A stretch of 52,859 bases of DNA, filler included, from Squatina squatina (GCA_031763465.1; 3 parts of 3 records of this genome joined end to end with filler, not necessarily neighbours in it), one strand, 5' to 3'. Counted from the first letter of the whole stretch, positions 1-11,083 are shown. A program made the numbers and translations. Notes: generated by a model from the sequence alone, not told the origin.

Positions 1-165
1 GCTCAATTTGCTGAATAATTGCATCTGGCACAGGACTGTGCAGGGACCATTGATTCATATAGCCATAGAGCTGCAGTAATGTTCCGAGGTAGGATCACAC
101 AGTACACTTTACAGCAGGGAATGCACTAGTGTTCATTAAACATTATGAGGCAGAATTGTACATAC

Positions 166-265
166 TTTTCTGAAGAACTGTGGCTTTGCTCAGCTTCTGA
201 GATCCAATCAAGAAATCTTGCTGTTGGCAAGTCGGGACGATTGACTGTAAATCATCATATCCTTT
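166..265 (-). CDS. MLX: MLX (Max-like protein X) internal exon, helix1-loop-helix2 of the bHLH-Zip domain
   Basis: 100-nt exon with cacag| acceptor and |GTATG donor. Encodes KGYDDLQSIVPTCQQQDFLIGSQKLSKATVLQK, nearly identical to recalled human MLX. Not in the ORF track. Confidence 0.95.
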
Positions 266-372
266 CTGTGAGACAGTCAATTAAAAATTGTTCAGAGATA
301 GTCAGCTGACTAATTTGCTGTACAAACCTTCAACTTGGCTTGAAAGCTAGTTTCTAAGCTTAAATCTCCCAC

Positions 373-482
373 CTTGATGGCATCCCGTCTCTTTTGTTCA
401 GCCTGAGTGTGAGCCTGTCTCCGACGATCTTTGTAAGTCTCTTTATACGCAAGTTCCTGCCTGTAGTCACTATCTTCATCAT
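373..482 (-). CDS. MLX: MLX internal exon, basic region of the bHLH
   Basis: 110-nt exon with ctgcag| acceptor and |GTGGGA donor. Encodes DDEDSDYRQELAYKETYKDRRRQAHTQAEQKRRDAIK and splices in frame over a 107-nt intron to exon 166-265. Confidence 0.95.
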
Positions 483-849
483 CTGCAGTTGGAGAACAAT
501 CATTGTCTGTCATGCATTCGGCTACAGAGGAAACAGAATGTTTCAATCACTTCATTAACAGGAAGAAGGTTGCAGGTTTTTTTCTGTGTTATCAATTTTA
601 TTTTAGGAAGTAACTAAAGGTTCTCACAAACAATGCTGTTACACTGCAGCTGATTAACTGGTATTAGCCTTTCCTAGTGTTAGACCTGCACTGGTGAACT
701 CCACAATGATTCACTGGGTAAATGCCCCACAGAATAGGAGGATTTTAGAAGAAAATCTTCTGAATTAGCTGGGTGGAAATGAAGACAATGCAATCGGGAC
801 AGAGAAAGGAGGCTACACCACTACTGATCACAGTCCAGTTTTAATGTTT

Positions 850-1075
850 CTATTTGTTCCTGGGATATGGGCGTCTATTGCCTAATTGCCCTTGAGAAGG
901 TGGTGATGAGCATCCTTCTTGAACCGCTTGTGGTGAAGGTGCTCCCACAGAGCTGTTAGGGAGGGAGTTTCAGGACTTTGACCCAGTGACGATGAAGGAA
1001 CGGCGATATATTTCCAAGTCAGGATGGTGTGAGACTTGGAGGGGAACTTGCAGGTGATGATATTCCCATACACCT
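850..1075. mobile_element. Interspersed repeat fragment typical of shark genomes, probably a LINE end
   Basis: Recognised motif ATTGCCCTTGAGAAGGTGGTG...GACTTGGAGGGGAACTTGCAGGTG; family not determined. Confidence 0.45.
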
Positions 1076-1426
1076 NNNNNNNNNNNNNNNNNNNNNNNNN
1101 NNNNNNNNNNNNNNNNNNNNNNNNNNNNNNNNNNNNNNNNNNNNNNNNNNNNNNNNNNNNNNNNNNNNNNNNNNNAAATATTTATACTTAACTCGAACTA
1201 ACTAAGCTAGTATCTTTGCAACAAAGAAAATACAGGCGTCTGCTTTTAGATCTTTTTCAGCACTTTTTGCATATGCTTAAACAGTACAAATTTCATAATT
1301 TATGACAAATGCACAAGGCATTATTGACTTGTGTGTGCAATACCCACTGAACACATACTATACCGAGACAATCAGACACAGGAGTCTTAACTGAAGATAA
1401 TAGTGACAGATGCAATTCATACTTAC

Positions 1427-1927
1427 TATTAAGCAGATCTCCATCAGCCACTCCAATTAACAAACNNNNNNNNNNTGTGAGCAGAATGGAGTCTGTCAAA
1501 GGTTCCACCTAAGACAACATCGCTGTAACTCGGAATATTTTCATATAAACTGGAATCCTCCATGACAGGACACGAGATGCTCTCCGTACCGTCTATCCCA
1601 GGTGGTAAAAGTATAGCCCTCAAATTAGGTTTGCATGTATAACAGCCAAGAGTATATTTTTCCAAGCACCGCATAACTAGATTGGACTGGTTTAAATCTG
1701 AGATCCTGTAGTCTGTTAAGACCACCTCTGGTGGTTCAGACAACATCTGGACTGATGAAAATGGCTGCTGAGTTGAACTGTGATTTTTAATATTTGAGAG
1801 AACTACCCTGACATCCAGGCTACTGCACACATTAGAACTTTTTGTGTAAAGGTTAGTTAGCAGTTGGGACACCTCATGGTTTGCAGGTATGTATGCTGGC
1901 CTCTGTTGAATGTAATTGCCTGTAAGT
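1427..1927 (-). CDS. COASY: Bifunctional coenzyme A synthase, large first coding exon (partial, 10-N gap inside)
   Basis: LDVRVVLSNI, PPEVVLTD, GCYTC, then the PPAT signature LGGTFDRLHSAH, a gap, and LLIGVADGDLLN ending at |GTAAGT donor (1426). 5' end lost in a gap. Confidence 0.93.
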
Positions 1928-2233
1928 NNNNNNNNNNNNNNNNNNNNNNNNNNNNNNNNNNNNNNNNNNNNNNNNNNNNNNNNNNNNNNNNNNNNNNNNN
2001 NNNNNNNNNNNNNNNNNNNNNNNNNNNGAGTTTATCGGACAGTTAAAACCAGATTAAAAACTTAATTTTGGAAAGATTAGGTTAAAATCTTGTTTTGTAT
2101 AACTGATGGCATTGGCAAGTAGCTGATCATTTTTGAGTGTATCCTTTCCTTCTTAGGAATAACCCGTGTTTATCTTTATATAGCATATTGCAAACCAACT
2201 AAAGAGGCTACTCCTCTTTAAAGTTAAACCAAA

Positions 2234-2313
2234 CTAAACATGACTGCATATTAATGTTGAATTCATTAATTTAAATCTTTTCATTGCTTGGGGATAATAT
2301 TTCAGGAACAATT
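2234..2313 (-). CDS. NAGLU: NAGLU C-terminus and stop codon
   Basis: After the 10-N gap, a frame different from the ORF track reads LFLKYYPQAMKRFKLMNSTLICSHV*, matching the human IFLKYYP tail. TAG at 2234-2236. Confidence 0.8.
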
Positions 2314-2323
2314 NNNNNNNNNN

Positions 2324-2759
2324 TGTTTATGATAAAATTTTGTTCCAGTTGAAAGACAATTTGGTTGAAGTGGGCTTGATTGAATGGAAGTCTCATCTCG
2401 AGACACTTAATAAGTGTTGACACAAAGAGATCCCAACGCAGTGTATAATAGTCATTAACCAAACCACCCCACTGCTTGTTGGCATAGTCCAAAAGATTTC
2501 CACCTGGCCCCCAAAGAGTAATTTGACTTCGTGCATTAAATTCATATAGGTCTGCTTCTTTTTCATTTGTCGCCAAGGACCTGGCTGTTTCTAACCAGTG
2601 GCCCAATAAAAAGTGTTTATCACTGGACAAGAGGTTATCGAGCTCAGGTAGTAGGTTATGCACTAAGACATTTCCTAAAGTTTGCAGCCCCACAACGGAA
2701 TATTTTAAATAAGCATTCTTGAGGTCTTCATAAAATCCTGACACTAAGAGTTGAACAGA
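2324..2759 (-). CDS. NAGLU: Alpha-N-acetylglucosaminidase (GH89), C-terminal helical domain segment
   Basis: SVQLLVSGFYE...FLLGHWLE...YEFNARSQITLWGPGGNLLDYANKQWGGLVNDYY..RW; GH89 C-terminal motifs. Confidence 0.93.
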
Positions 2760-2886
2760 CTGAGAAAAAAGTGTAACGATAGCCTTGATGACTGAATTAT
2801 TCTGCACTATCAAATAAAGGTTTAAAACCTGGTGGTAAACCTTCTCTCAGATCACTAAGTTTAATGGTAAGATAATTAAGGNNNNN

Positions 2887-3430
2887 TTCAAAGAAGGTTT
2901 GTGAACCAATGGACTTTTGTTGTGGTCTGGTCGATAGAAAGTATTATTGTAGACACTTTGGAATAATAGCAGCCATGCAGTTGCAGCATGATCATTTTTC
3001 TTTCCATAACGTCTCTCTGCATACGACATAACCCACTCTGTGAGGTTTAAAGGCTCTTTGCGCCAGCCAATTTCATTCATTAGCTCATACACAACATCAT
3101 TCTGTTCAATTCCTTCTGGTGTCACTCCTGTACCCACCATAGTAGAATTTGGAAAATACCTAGCTTCAAAAGGCCCTTTATTGATAGTTTCCACTGTTCC
3201 ATACATTCCCGTGTTGCCACCAAAATTATGCAACATGCACCATATAAAAGGTTGTCCATAGAAAGACTCTGTGAAGGAATATGCTGGTCTACTGTCAGCA
3301 AATAAATCCAGAATAATCATCCTTCCCAGCGGCACTCCATGTAACAAGGCTTTGATCTGGGTTGGCTGCCAAAATAAAGGCCTGTTCACAAACAGCCATC
3401 CTTGCATAAGCCAAATGGCCAAAGGGTCCG
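2887..3430 (-). CDS. NAGLU: Alpha-N-acetylglucosaminidase, catalytic TIM-barrel segment (start of the human exon 6 equivalent)
   Basis: ttctccacag| acceptor; DPLAIWLMQGWLF, IILDLFAD, PFIWCMLHNFGGN, GVTPEGIEQN (catalytic Glu). Ends at a 5-N gap. Confidence 0.95.
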
Positions 3431-3914
3431 CTGTGGAGAAAAGAAATATATTCAACAGTGGAGTTTAATAATGCTGGTTAACAACGATAGAGTTTGTGAA
3501 GGAGTATTCTTGCTTCTATATAAAAACATATTTCAAAACTTTTAATTATTTGGCTGAATGATTATATAAGCAATAACCAAAGGGGACATAAATTTTTTAA
3601 AAAATTGTTTACAGCCGGCATCACTGACAAGATTGCAAGAAAAAAAAACTGTAGAAGAGGTATCCAAGTATAGAGCACATGCGATTGCCTTTTACTTTTC
3701 CAGGACTTCATCTCAAACCATTTCATTCTCCCTCTTTTTGCAAAATAAATGATGCATATGTTCAGGGCATCAAACAGAATTAAACAACCACCATGCACTT
3801 GTGCAATGTTCCTTTTTAGAATGTAGAAAATGTTCCAAGGCACGTCACAGAGAGGTAGAAGAGAAAAAGATAAACGGGATAACACAATGGATGAGACATA
3901 GTGCAAGAGTTATC

Positions 3915-4241
3915 ATCGAATCATACGGCATAAGGAAGAGGCCATTCGTGCCTGTGCCAGGACTTTGAAAGAGCTATCCAATTAGTCTCACTCCCCTGTT
4001 CTTTTCCCATAGCCTTCCAATTCTTCCCCCTTCAAGTATTTATCTACTTCCCTTGAAAGTTATTATTGAATCTGCTTGCTTTCAGACAGCACATTTAAGA
4101 TCACAAGAACTTGCTGTGTTAAAAAAAAATTATCTCCCCTCTGGTTCTTTTGCCAATTCCCTTAAATCTGTGTCCTCTGGTTACCAACCCTCCTGCCATC
4201 CCTACTTTTATCAAAACCCCTTATAATTTTGAATACCTCTA
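3915..4241 (-). mobile_element. CR1 LINE 3' end
   Basis: Reverse complement has ACCAGAGGACACAGATTTAAG, GATAAATACTTGAAGGGG and the GAATGGCC..TATGATTC tail. Confidence 0.75.
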
Positions 4242-4341
4242 NNNNNNNNNNNNNNNNNNNNNNNNNNNNNNNNNNNNNNNNNNNNNNNNNNNNNNNNNNN
4301 NNNNNNNNNNNNNNNNNNNNNNNNNNNNNNNNNNNNNNNNN

Positions 4342-4529
4342 TCATTTCATTGAATGAATCTGCATTGTAAATATGGTTAGTACCAAATTCTTTAATTAGC
4401 TCCAACAGAAACATCTTGCCTATTTTCTGAAAGAGGGGAGACTCAGAATCCAGTAGATAGGAACAAGAATAAGAACAGTTTAAATGTCCCCAGCTCCCGA
4501 GCCTTGTGATGTTTTCTTTCGGAAACAAT
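4342..4529 (-). CDS. NAGLU: NAGLU exon (human exon 5 equivalent, partial)
   Basis: ttatttttcag| acceptor; [27 protein letters not shown]...[16 protein letters not shown] (catalytic Glu in FNEM). Truncated by a gap. Confidence 0.95.
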
Positions 4530-4588
4530 CTGAAAAATAAAAATCATTGTTGAAAAAAAAAGCTTTTATTGAAGCTTAAAGACATTGA

Positions 4589-4744
4589 GGGTAATTTTTT
4601 GTCTTCCCCACCTGGGCAGTAATCTAGTAAAGCAGATCGCCCCGCCCCCCGTATAACCTGCCCGATTCTCATTCCATTGATTACAACAGACAGCTGATCC
4701 GCTCCACTGGATTACCACTGGGCGCAAAGACGGAACTGCACCCC
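4589..4744. mobile_element. Small MITE-like element with long imperfect terminal inverted repeats
   Basis: Left GGGTAATTTTTTGTCTT...GTAATCTAGTAAAGCAGATC mirrors right GATCCGCTCCACTGGATTAC...AAGACGGAACTGCACCCC. Confidence 0.55.
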
Positions 4745-4769
4745 TTTAAATCTATGAAGCAAACATCAT

Positions 4770-5940
4770 GAGAATCAAAGAGGTTTATAGCACAGAAGTA
4801 GGCATTTCAGCCCACTGTCTCCATGCTCACTCTTTATTAGAACAATCCAAAACTAATCCCACTGCCCAAGCTCTCGCCATAGCCCTGCATTTTCCTCAGG
4901 TTCAAATATTTGTCTACTTTTTCTCTTAAAGGATGCAGTAGTCTCTGCCTCAAATGATTTCTGTGGCACCTCATTCCATAGTCCAACAACTTGCTGCATA
5001 AAGTTCTCCTAATCTCTGTCCTCACTGTGATAATTTTAAATTGACCTCAACTAGAGAAAACCTCAAATTCCATTGGAGCTGTCTCTGCTCCAGTGGCAAC
5101 AGTGTCTCAAGCTTCTCTTCATACCTAGAGCTTTTTTATCCCTGTCATTGTCCTGGTGAGTCTACACTGTATGCACTCTCTGACTTTAATGTGCTTTCTA
5201 CAATGGGGTCCAAAATTGTACAATGTTTTTAACTGTGCCCTAATCATCATTTCTCTGTACTCTTGGGTATTCAATGTCTATTTATAAAATTAATTTCTAT
5301 TGCCCTTTAAGGCTTTACCCACCTGCACTTGTACTTTCAGAAATGATGCATTTGAACACCTTGGTCTCTCTATCCTTCCAAACCAACAGCATCTTCCATT
5401 AACAGTATACTACCATTCCTTACATTTCATCCCAAAATATATTACCTCACCCTTCTCCACATTAAATTGCATTTTCTACTTGTCAGCCCATTGTGCAAAT
5501 CTATGTCCTTCTGACATTTTTTACAGTTCTTCTTTCTGTTTGTCGAACTCCTTTTGTGTCAGCAGTGACTTTCATGTGTATACCAAGTACAAAAGAGAAT
5601 CCAGTACTGATCACTGCATTACTCTAATCTAACCAATATTAGTTAGCCCAACCCCTTGTTTCCTGCCTGTTTATCAACATGCTGCTAGATTTCCTCTTGT
5701 ACTATAAGCAAGTATTTTTTGTAACAAGCCTTCTCTGGTGCACCTTCTGAAAATCTTTCTGAAGTACCTTCTGAAAATCCATGTACACCACATTCATTGC
5801 ATTGCCTTTACCTATCCCTGTCACTTCGAAAAACCTCAATCAAATGTGACTTACCTTTAACAAATCTGTGCTGGTTGCCCTTGATTAATCCATGCATTTC
5901 TAAATGCTCACTCACTTTATTCCAAATTATGGATTCTAAA
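4770..5940 (-). mobile_element. Degenerate CR1 LINE, RT region through 3' end
   Basis: Reverse strand near 5760-5895 reads HGLIKGNQHRFVKGKS..VVYMDFQK, a CR1 RT motif. CR1-type 3' tail near 4770-4900. Broken frames. Confidence 0.75.
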
Positions 5941-6500
5941 GGGGCTATTTTCCCTGCTGTAGCGCTGGTAGTTTAGGTGCAAAAGATGGGGTCTTGAGCT
6001 GCAACATCTTGGTAAAGGAATTTAGGTATGCACTAGAAATGGCCGCCCTGAGGATGATTAAGCCTCTGATGACCAATTCAATTGGCTCCTAATGCTCATT
6101 AAAGAGGCAGCACACCATTTTGCTGGCGAGTGCAATTAACGACCTCTAACAGTGACCAGCTGAACATGAGTAAGGAAGTTGTTGGTGAGGATTACAAGTG
6201 GTACTTAAAGCCATGCTCAGCTTTCACTGTTCAATTGCTGATTGGCATTGACTGACTGCATGCCGTTTGAAGAGAACTTTTGATTCACATTGGGAGACTT
6301 TCTGGGACACTTTATCAAGACTTCACCAACACGCTTATTACATTTATCCCATAAATTCTCTGAGGACTTCACCTAAAGAGAGTGAGTACTGTGCTACTGT
6401 ACCTTATTGGAGAGCTTATAGGAGTCAGCAGGAAAAAGGGAATGGTTGATCATGGGGATCTTGCTAAGAGTCCCCTTGGTCTAGAGGAAGACTGGGAGGA
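5940..6500. mobile_element. Probable PIF/Harbinger-related DNA transposon remnant
   Basis: Begins GGGGCTATTTTCCC, resembling shark Harbinger-type termini; no intact ORF. Confidence 0.3.
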
Positions 6501-6537
6501 GATGAGGACAGGCAGAGCAGCAGCAGCGGCTGGAGTA

Positions 6538-6600
6538 GAGAGGGAGAGGAGGGCGATGAGGGAGAGGAGGGCGATGAGGGAGAGGAGGGCGAGGAGGGCA
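6538..6600 (+). repeat. 18-bp purine-rich minisatellite, about 3.5 copies (GAGGGAGAGGAGGGCGAT)
   Basis: Direct tandem copies visible. Confidence 0.85.
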
Positions 6601-7709
6601 GGTGAGGAGGGAGAGGAGGGGTCACTGGCTAGGGATTAAGAGTGGGAACCCTGGCTGGTGTTATTTCTCTTCCCTGACTCAGGGGCCTGGAGCCCCAAGC
6701 TCAGCCTGATGGCAACTCCTGTGATCAGTTAACTCAGAGTGACATGGGGGACAGGGGGCGTTCTGGTCTGTTGGGCTCAGCCCGACACCGAGCCCAGTCA
6801 TTAGACGGGTTTAACGGAGCTTCACATTCAGACACCAATGAGATAATGTTACTCCCTCGGAGATGAGTAAAACATGGAGCACAGGTACATTTCAAACAGG
6901 CCAGGAATATTTCAGAGACAAAAAAAAAAGGAATTACTGAGAATCAAAATTAATTTAAACATTTCTATGATCACAAAGAAATAAATGGATAAGAGATTCG
7001 ATAATAAAAAGCCAGTTTGTGGACTGTGCTGTGGAGCTTTCACAGTACGGCCTCCGAGTTTGCCTCGGAGACTCTCCCCTAAAAATATTATCTGCTAACC
7101 TACAAAACAATTCCAGTTTTCAATACCATGAATCTTTGAAAATATAATTCACCATTTACACGGAACTGTTCACAATAAAAGTCCATAAAAAAAATTAAAA
7201 ATTAATTGCAGCAACTGTATTTTTTTTTTCCTTGTGTCGAACTCTGAAGCCATTGACTAGGCCTCGCTCCCAGTTCGCATGGATGGGCAAGCCTCGCTTT
7301 AAGTTTAGTACGACAAACGTACTCCGATTTCAAAAATAAAACTAACAAAAGACACTTAGCAAGTCTTGGATTACAATTTCTTGTTGAAAAGAGCTGAGGG
7401 TTCTGCATATCCCACACGTTGATCGAAACGTCCTTTTGGTGGTAAATTTCTGAGCCAAGCCAAAGGGCCCAAAATACCCGCGTTACCGTAACAGTCATGA
7501 GGATTCGACTAAAANNNNNNNNNNNNNNNNNNNNNNNNNNNNNNNNNNNNNNNNNNNNNNNNNNNNNNNNNNNNNNNNNNNNNNNNNNNNNNNNNNNNNN
7601 NNNNNNNNNNNNNNCATAAATCCATGCTGACTTTGACCGATCATGGCACTGCTTTCTAAATGTGCTGCTATTACATCTTTATGCTAATACCATGCCCTTT
7701 CATCTGCAG

Positions 7710-8660
7710 GCTAGGGTCGCTGCCAACAGGGCCTCCCAACAGGGGATGGGGGGAGGTCCATCCCTGGAGGTGGCCCTTTCAAAGCTGGAGCAGAGAGTTC
7801 TTCAGCTTATTGGACCACAGGTCACGGACCCAGACAGCCAGAGAGAGGCAGAAGGGGGTGACAGTGGTAAGTTTTCCTCAAAAGGTAAGAAGCCCATGTA
7901 CCTTGAGTGTTTGCATGAATGTGGGAATGACCAGTGCTGACATCATTCTTGCCCCATTTGTGTGGCCTTTCAAAACTAACATCTGAAATCTCTGCTATTA
8001 GTCCTTTCAGATGACTCATCACAAAGGTCTGCCATCCATCAAGAGGCCAGAGAATGGGCTGAAAACCAAAACCCAAGAGGGGAAGGGTCCTGTACAGAGA
8101 AAGGGTGAGGGTCCTGTACAGTGGGAGGGGGAGGGGGATGGTTTGTTAATTGCATCGTCACCACTTCACTGAATCGCCAGCACCAGCTCAGATACATTCA
8201 CCTCGCATAAGGGCACCACATTTCTAACCCCTAGGCTCACACCTCACTCTGCACTGGGTAATAGAAAGTTGCAGCAGGATAAGGGAAGCTAGTGGGTCAG
8301 GTATCCAGGGGAAATTTGGCGCGAGAGTCCTACTGAGGTCCTAACAGGTGACTACCTCGAGAGAGAGAGAGGCTGTCCCAGAGAGGGTGATGGTCATGCA
8401 TCAAAACTTGGCAGATGCAGTGGCAAGGGTGCCAGAGAGCGCTGACCATTTGATCCGGAGCATAGAGGAGTCATGCTCCAGGATTGTGGAATGCTCTGCA
8501 CAAGGCTTCAAGCCTATCCTTGCAACCATGTGTGAGCTGGTGGACTCGCAACATCACTATCCGGATCCAGAAGTCATGACTCGCTTCATGCGTGATGTGG
8601 CATCATCTGTTGCTATCCAGGTCGCGGCCATACAACAACTTGCGGCAGCAATGACATCTG
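7710..8660 (+). mobile_element. PIF/Harbinger-type Myb/SANT-like accessory gene fragment (exon 7710-7866, decayed exon from 8011)
   Basis: ctgcag|...|GTAAGT exon encodes ARVAANRASQQGMGGGPSLEVALSKLEQRVLQLIG, matching the 'TGGG..L(S/T).LEE..L...G' tail of the Myb_DNA-bind_5/MSANTD family. Second acceptor tttcag at 8010; helical ORF remnant 8348-8660. Confidence 0.6.
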
Positions 8661-9245
8661 CAGGCATGCTTGTGCTATTGCTACCTTCTGCGCCAGTTAC
8701 CAGAGCTGGCAAAGTAACTCTGGTAAAGTTAAACCGGTGATCCTGGTCTGCTGTAAACTGCATCGCACCCATGTCCTGGTACGTACTGGACTCACCAAAC
8801 TCACTCATTGAGCTGGACAGTGTCCTGGATTGGGCCAGTTGTTGGGAGGTGCTGCCACACACGGCAGATTTGCTGTCCAGTAGCGTGTGCCCAGCCATCT
8901 CAGAGTCTCTCCTTTCATTCGTACTGACATTATTCCTGAACCCGTCTGTACCGTAGCTGTTTGCTAAATGTGAGGTGCCATACCCAGCCGCTCTGGTCTG
9001 CCTGTCCTTCTCCTGCGGTTCATCTTTGTTAAGCAGCTGCAGCAAAGCAGCTTTCACTCCTGCATTCGGGTCCTTGGTGGAGGGGCTCGCTCGCAGGTTA
9101 ATGCGACAATCGGTATCGCCCAAGGCTGGCGGGGGGCCAGGGGGTTCTGGTGGTCTCTGGTCTGGAGGAAGAATTCGAGTTTGATTGAGTGCAGGAGGCG
9201 GCGGCCCAGGAGCCTTTATATCTGGTTTCGTAAGGGCCACAGTAT
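8660..9245 (-). CDS. CDK12: CDK12 last coding exon (homology stops near 8660)
   Basis: ttctgattag| acceptor; ILPPDQRPPEPPGPPP, GVKAALLQLL, RTLSSSMSEFGESSTYQ, QFTADQDHRF and AEGSNS match the human CDK12 C-terminal exon. Confidence 0.88.
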
Positions 9246-9312
9246 CTAATCAGAAAATACGAGGTACTGGTTATTGCCACGTTACTGCTCACCACCGGCC
9301 AGTCCCGCTCCT

Positions 9313-9420
9313 GTCTCCCCCCGCGCACACCAGCCCCCCACCCCACCGTCTCCCCCCGCGCACACCAGCCCCGCACCCCTCCCGTCTCCCCCCGCGCACA
9401 CCAGCCCCCCACCCCACCGT
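9313..9420 (+). repeat. About 35-bp C-rich minisatellite, at least 3 copies, running into a gap
   Basis: GTCTCCCCCCGCGCACACCAGCCCC(C/G)CACCCC repeated. Confidence 0.85.
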
Positions 9421-9546
9421 NNNNNNNNNNNNNNNNNNNNNNNNNNNNNNNNNNNNNNNNNNNNNNNNNNNNNNNNNNNNNNNNNNNNNNNNNNNNNNNN
9501 NNNNNNNNNNNNNNNNNNNNTCCACTGGTCTGTTAATGAAGCTTAC

Positions 9547-9663
9547 AATGCAAACTCTTCGCGAAGGCGTCTCCGATATTGCTTCTTCGGTTTCATCGTG
9601 TGAAAATACGGCAGCTTAATGACATCAGGCCAAGCAGCAGGGCAAGGGCTGCCGCACAATCGA
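9547..9663 (-). CDS. CDK12: CDK12 kinase C-lobe exon
   Basis: 117-nt exon, ttttctcag| to |GTAAGC; [38 protein letters not shown], diagnostic of CDK12/13. Confidence 0.92.
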
Positions 9664-10147
9664 CTGAGAAAACAAAAGCACAGAGCAGAATGATCAGCTC
9701 CAAGCAGATAACCCTCAGTGAAACCTTTCACACATTAATTACTCTTTCAATGAAGCCAGAGGTGTGGCCAATATCCTGTGGGCAAAAGCACGCTCGATGG
9801 AAATCAATCAGAACAGGCCAGGATACAGTGAGTGTGCAAGTGTCACTGAAGTGAAACATTCAACTTCACGAGTATGTGCTCCCCACACAACATTTGTAGC
9901 AAAAAGGTACACTGGTCATAGGATATGTTATATAACTGTGTGCAGCCACCGTTCAGCAGGGTCACGGTCACTCATTGTGTAACCACATGAAGTTCCAGAA
10001 GCAGAAGATGACAGCAGAGAGAAGGCCNNNNNNNNNNNNNNNNNNNNNNNNNNNNNNNNNNNNNNNNNNNNNNNNNNNNNNNNNNNNNNNNNNNNNNNNN
10101 NNNNNNNNNNNNNNNNNNNNNNNNNNNTCCCAACACAAATTTCTTAC

Positions 10148-11083
10148 CTTTCTATATCATCCTCCCCAGGCAGGAGCGGAGGCAGGGGCAGTGGTGGCAG
10201 TGTTGAAGTCAGTAAGGGCATTACTGAGTTCAGCATCGGTGGCATGGGGAGTGCACTGCCCAACACTGTGGTCCGTGGTGGCGGTTGCTGTGAGATGGTC
10301 GTTGGGTGTGTCAAGACTGGTACAGGAGCTAATATGGGTACAGGTACCGAAACAGGCAGCGGCGGTAATGGTAACGACAAGGTTACTGGGAGCAGCGGTA
10401 GCTGCACTGCGGATATCGGTGATGGCGGTTCAGTCAGAATCTCTACTGGAGGCTGAGATTGGTTAAGAGTCACCGGAGGTAAGGGAGGAGGTGGTGGTTG
10501 GACTGGGGCCGGAGGCAACGTCACTGGGGGAGACGGTGGAGGTAAGGGTGGAGGAGCAGAACCTGAAGGAGGAAGCGGAGGCTTTTCCAGATCGCTTTCG
10601 TTTGGTAATGGAGGCAGACTCTTCTCCTTGGGCGTTCCCGACTCACATTTCACCACCGGGGATTTCGACTCTTTCACCACCACTGCCAATGGAGAGAGTG
10701 CTGGTTTATCCTCTGCTATTTCAGTCATGATTTTTACCTCTGGGACCATCTCTTCAGCAATGTCTTTCTCCTTCACAGTCACTGAGTTTGAGATTTCAAT
10801 GGGTGATGGTGGCTTCTCGCTCTTAATTAATTTAGTCGATTTCTTCACGTCTTTAAGTGTCGTCGCAGAGGCGGTGCTGCTGGAACAAGCACCATGTGCG
10901 CTCGTTTTACAAACACTCCCAGTCAACACTTTAGGCTCTTTTGAGTCTTTTGCACCAGTCTTGGCAGCAACGGCAGCTCTCGCCCTCTTGGTTTTACTCA
11001 GCTCAGCACCGAGGCTCGACTTGAGGGTAAATCGGCTGGGTGAAATACTCGAATGCCGACTTCGCGATCGGGACTGTCTGTGT
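10148..11083 (-). CDS. CDK12: CDK12 exon 2 (end of RS domain plus proline-rich motif), partial
   Basis: SRSRSRHSSISP...SSLGAELSK...LPPLPLPPLLPGEDD, |GTAAGA donor. SLGAELS and proximity to PNMT/ERBB2 favour CDK12 over CDK13. Confidence 0.9.

Noticed and set aside
1476-1510. COASY HSAH instead of the canonical HxGH motif as a novel active site
   Set aside because: Human COASY also has HxAH (HNAH), so this is normal for vertebrates.
1427-3430. COASY and NAGLU as frameshifted pseudogenes
   Set aside because: Frame changes coincide with 5-10-N gaps of arbitrary length; coding parts have no internal stops and catalytic motifs are intact.
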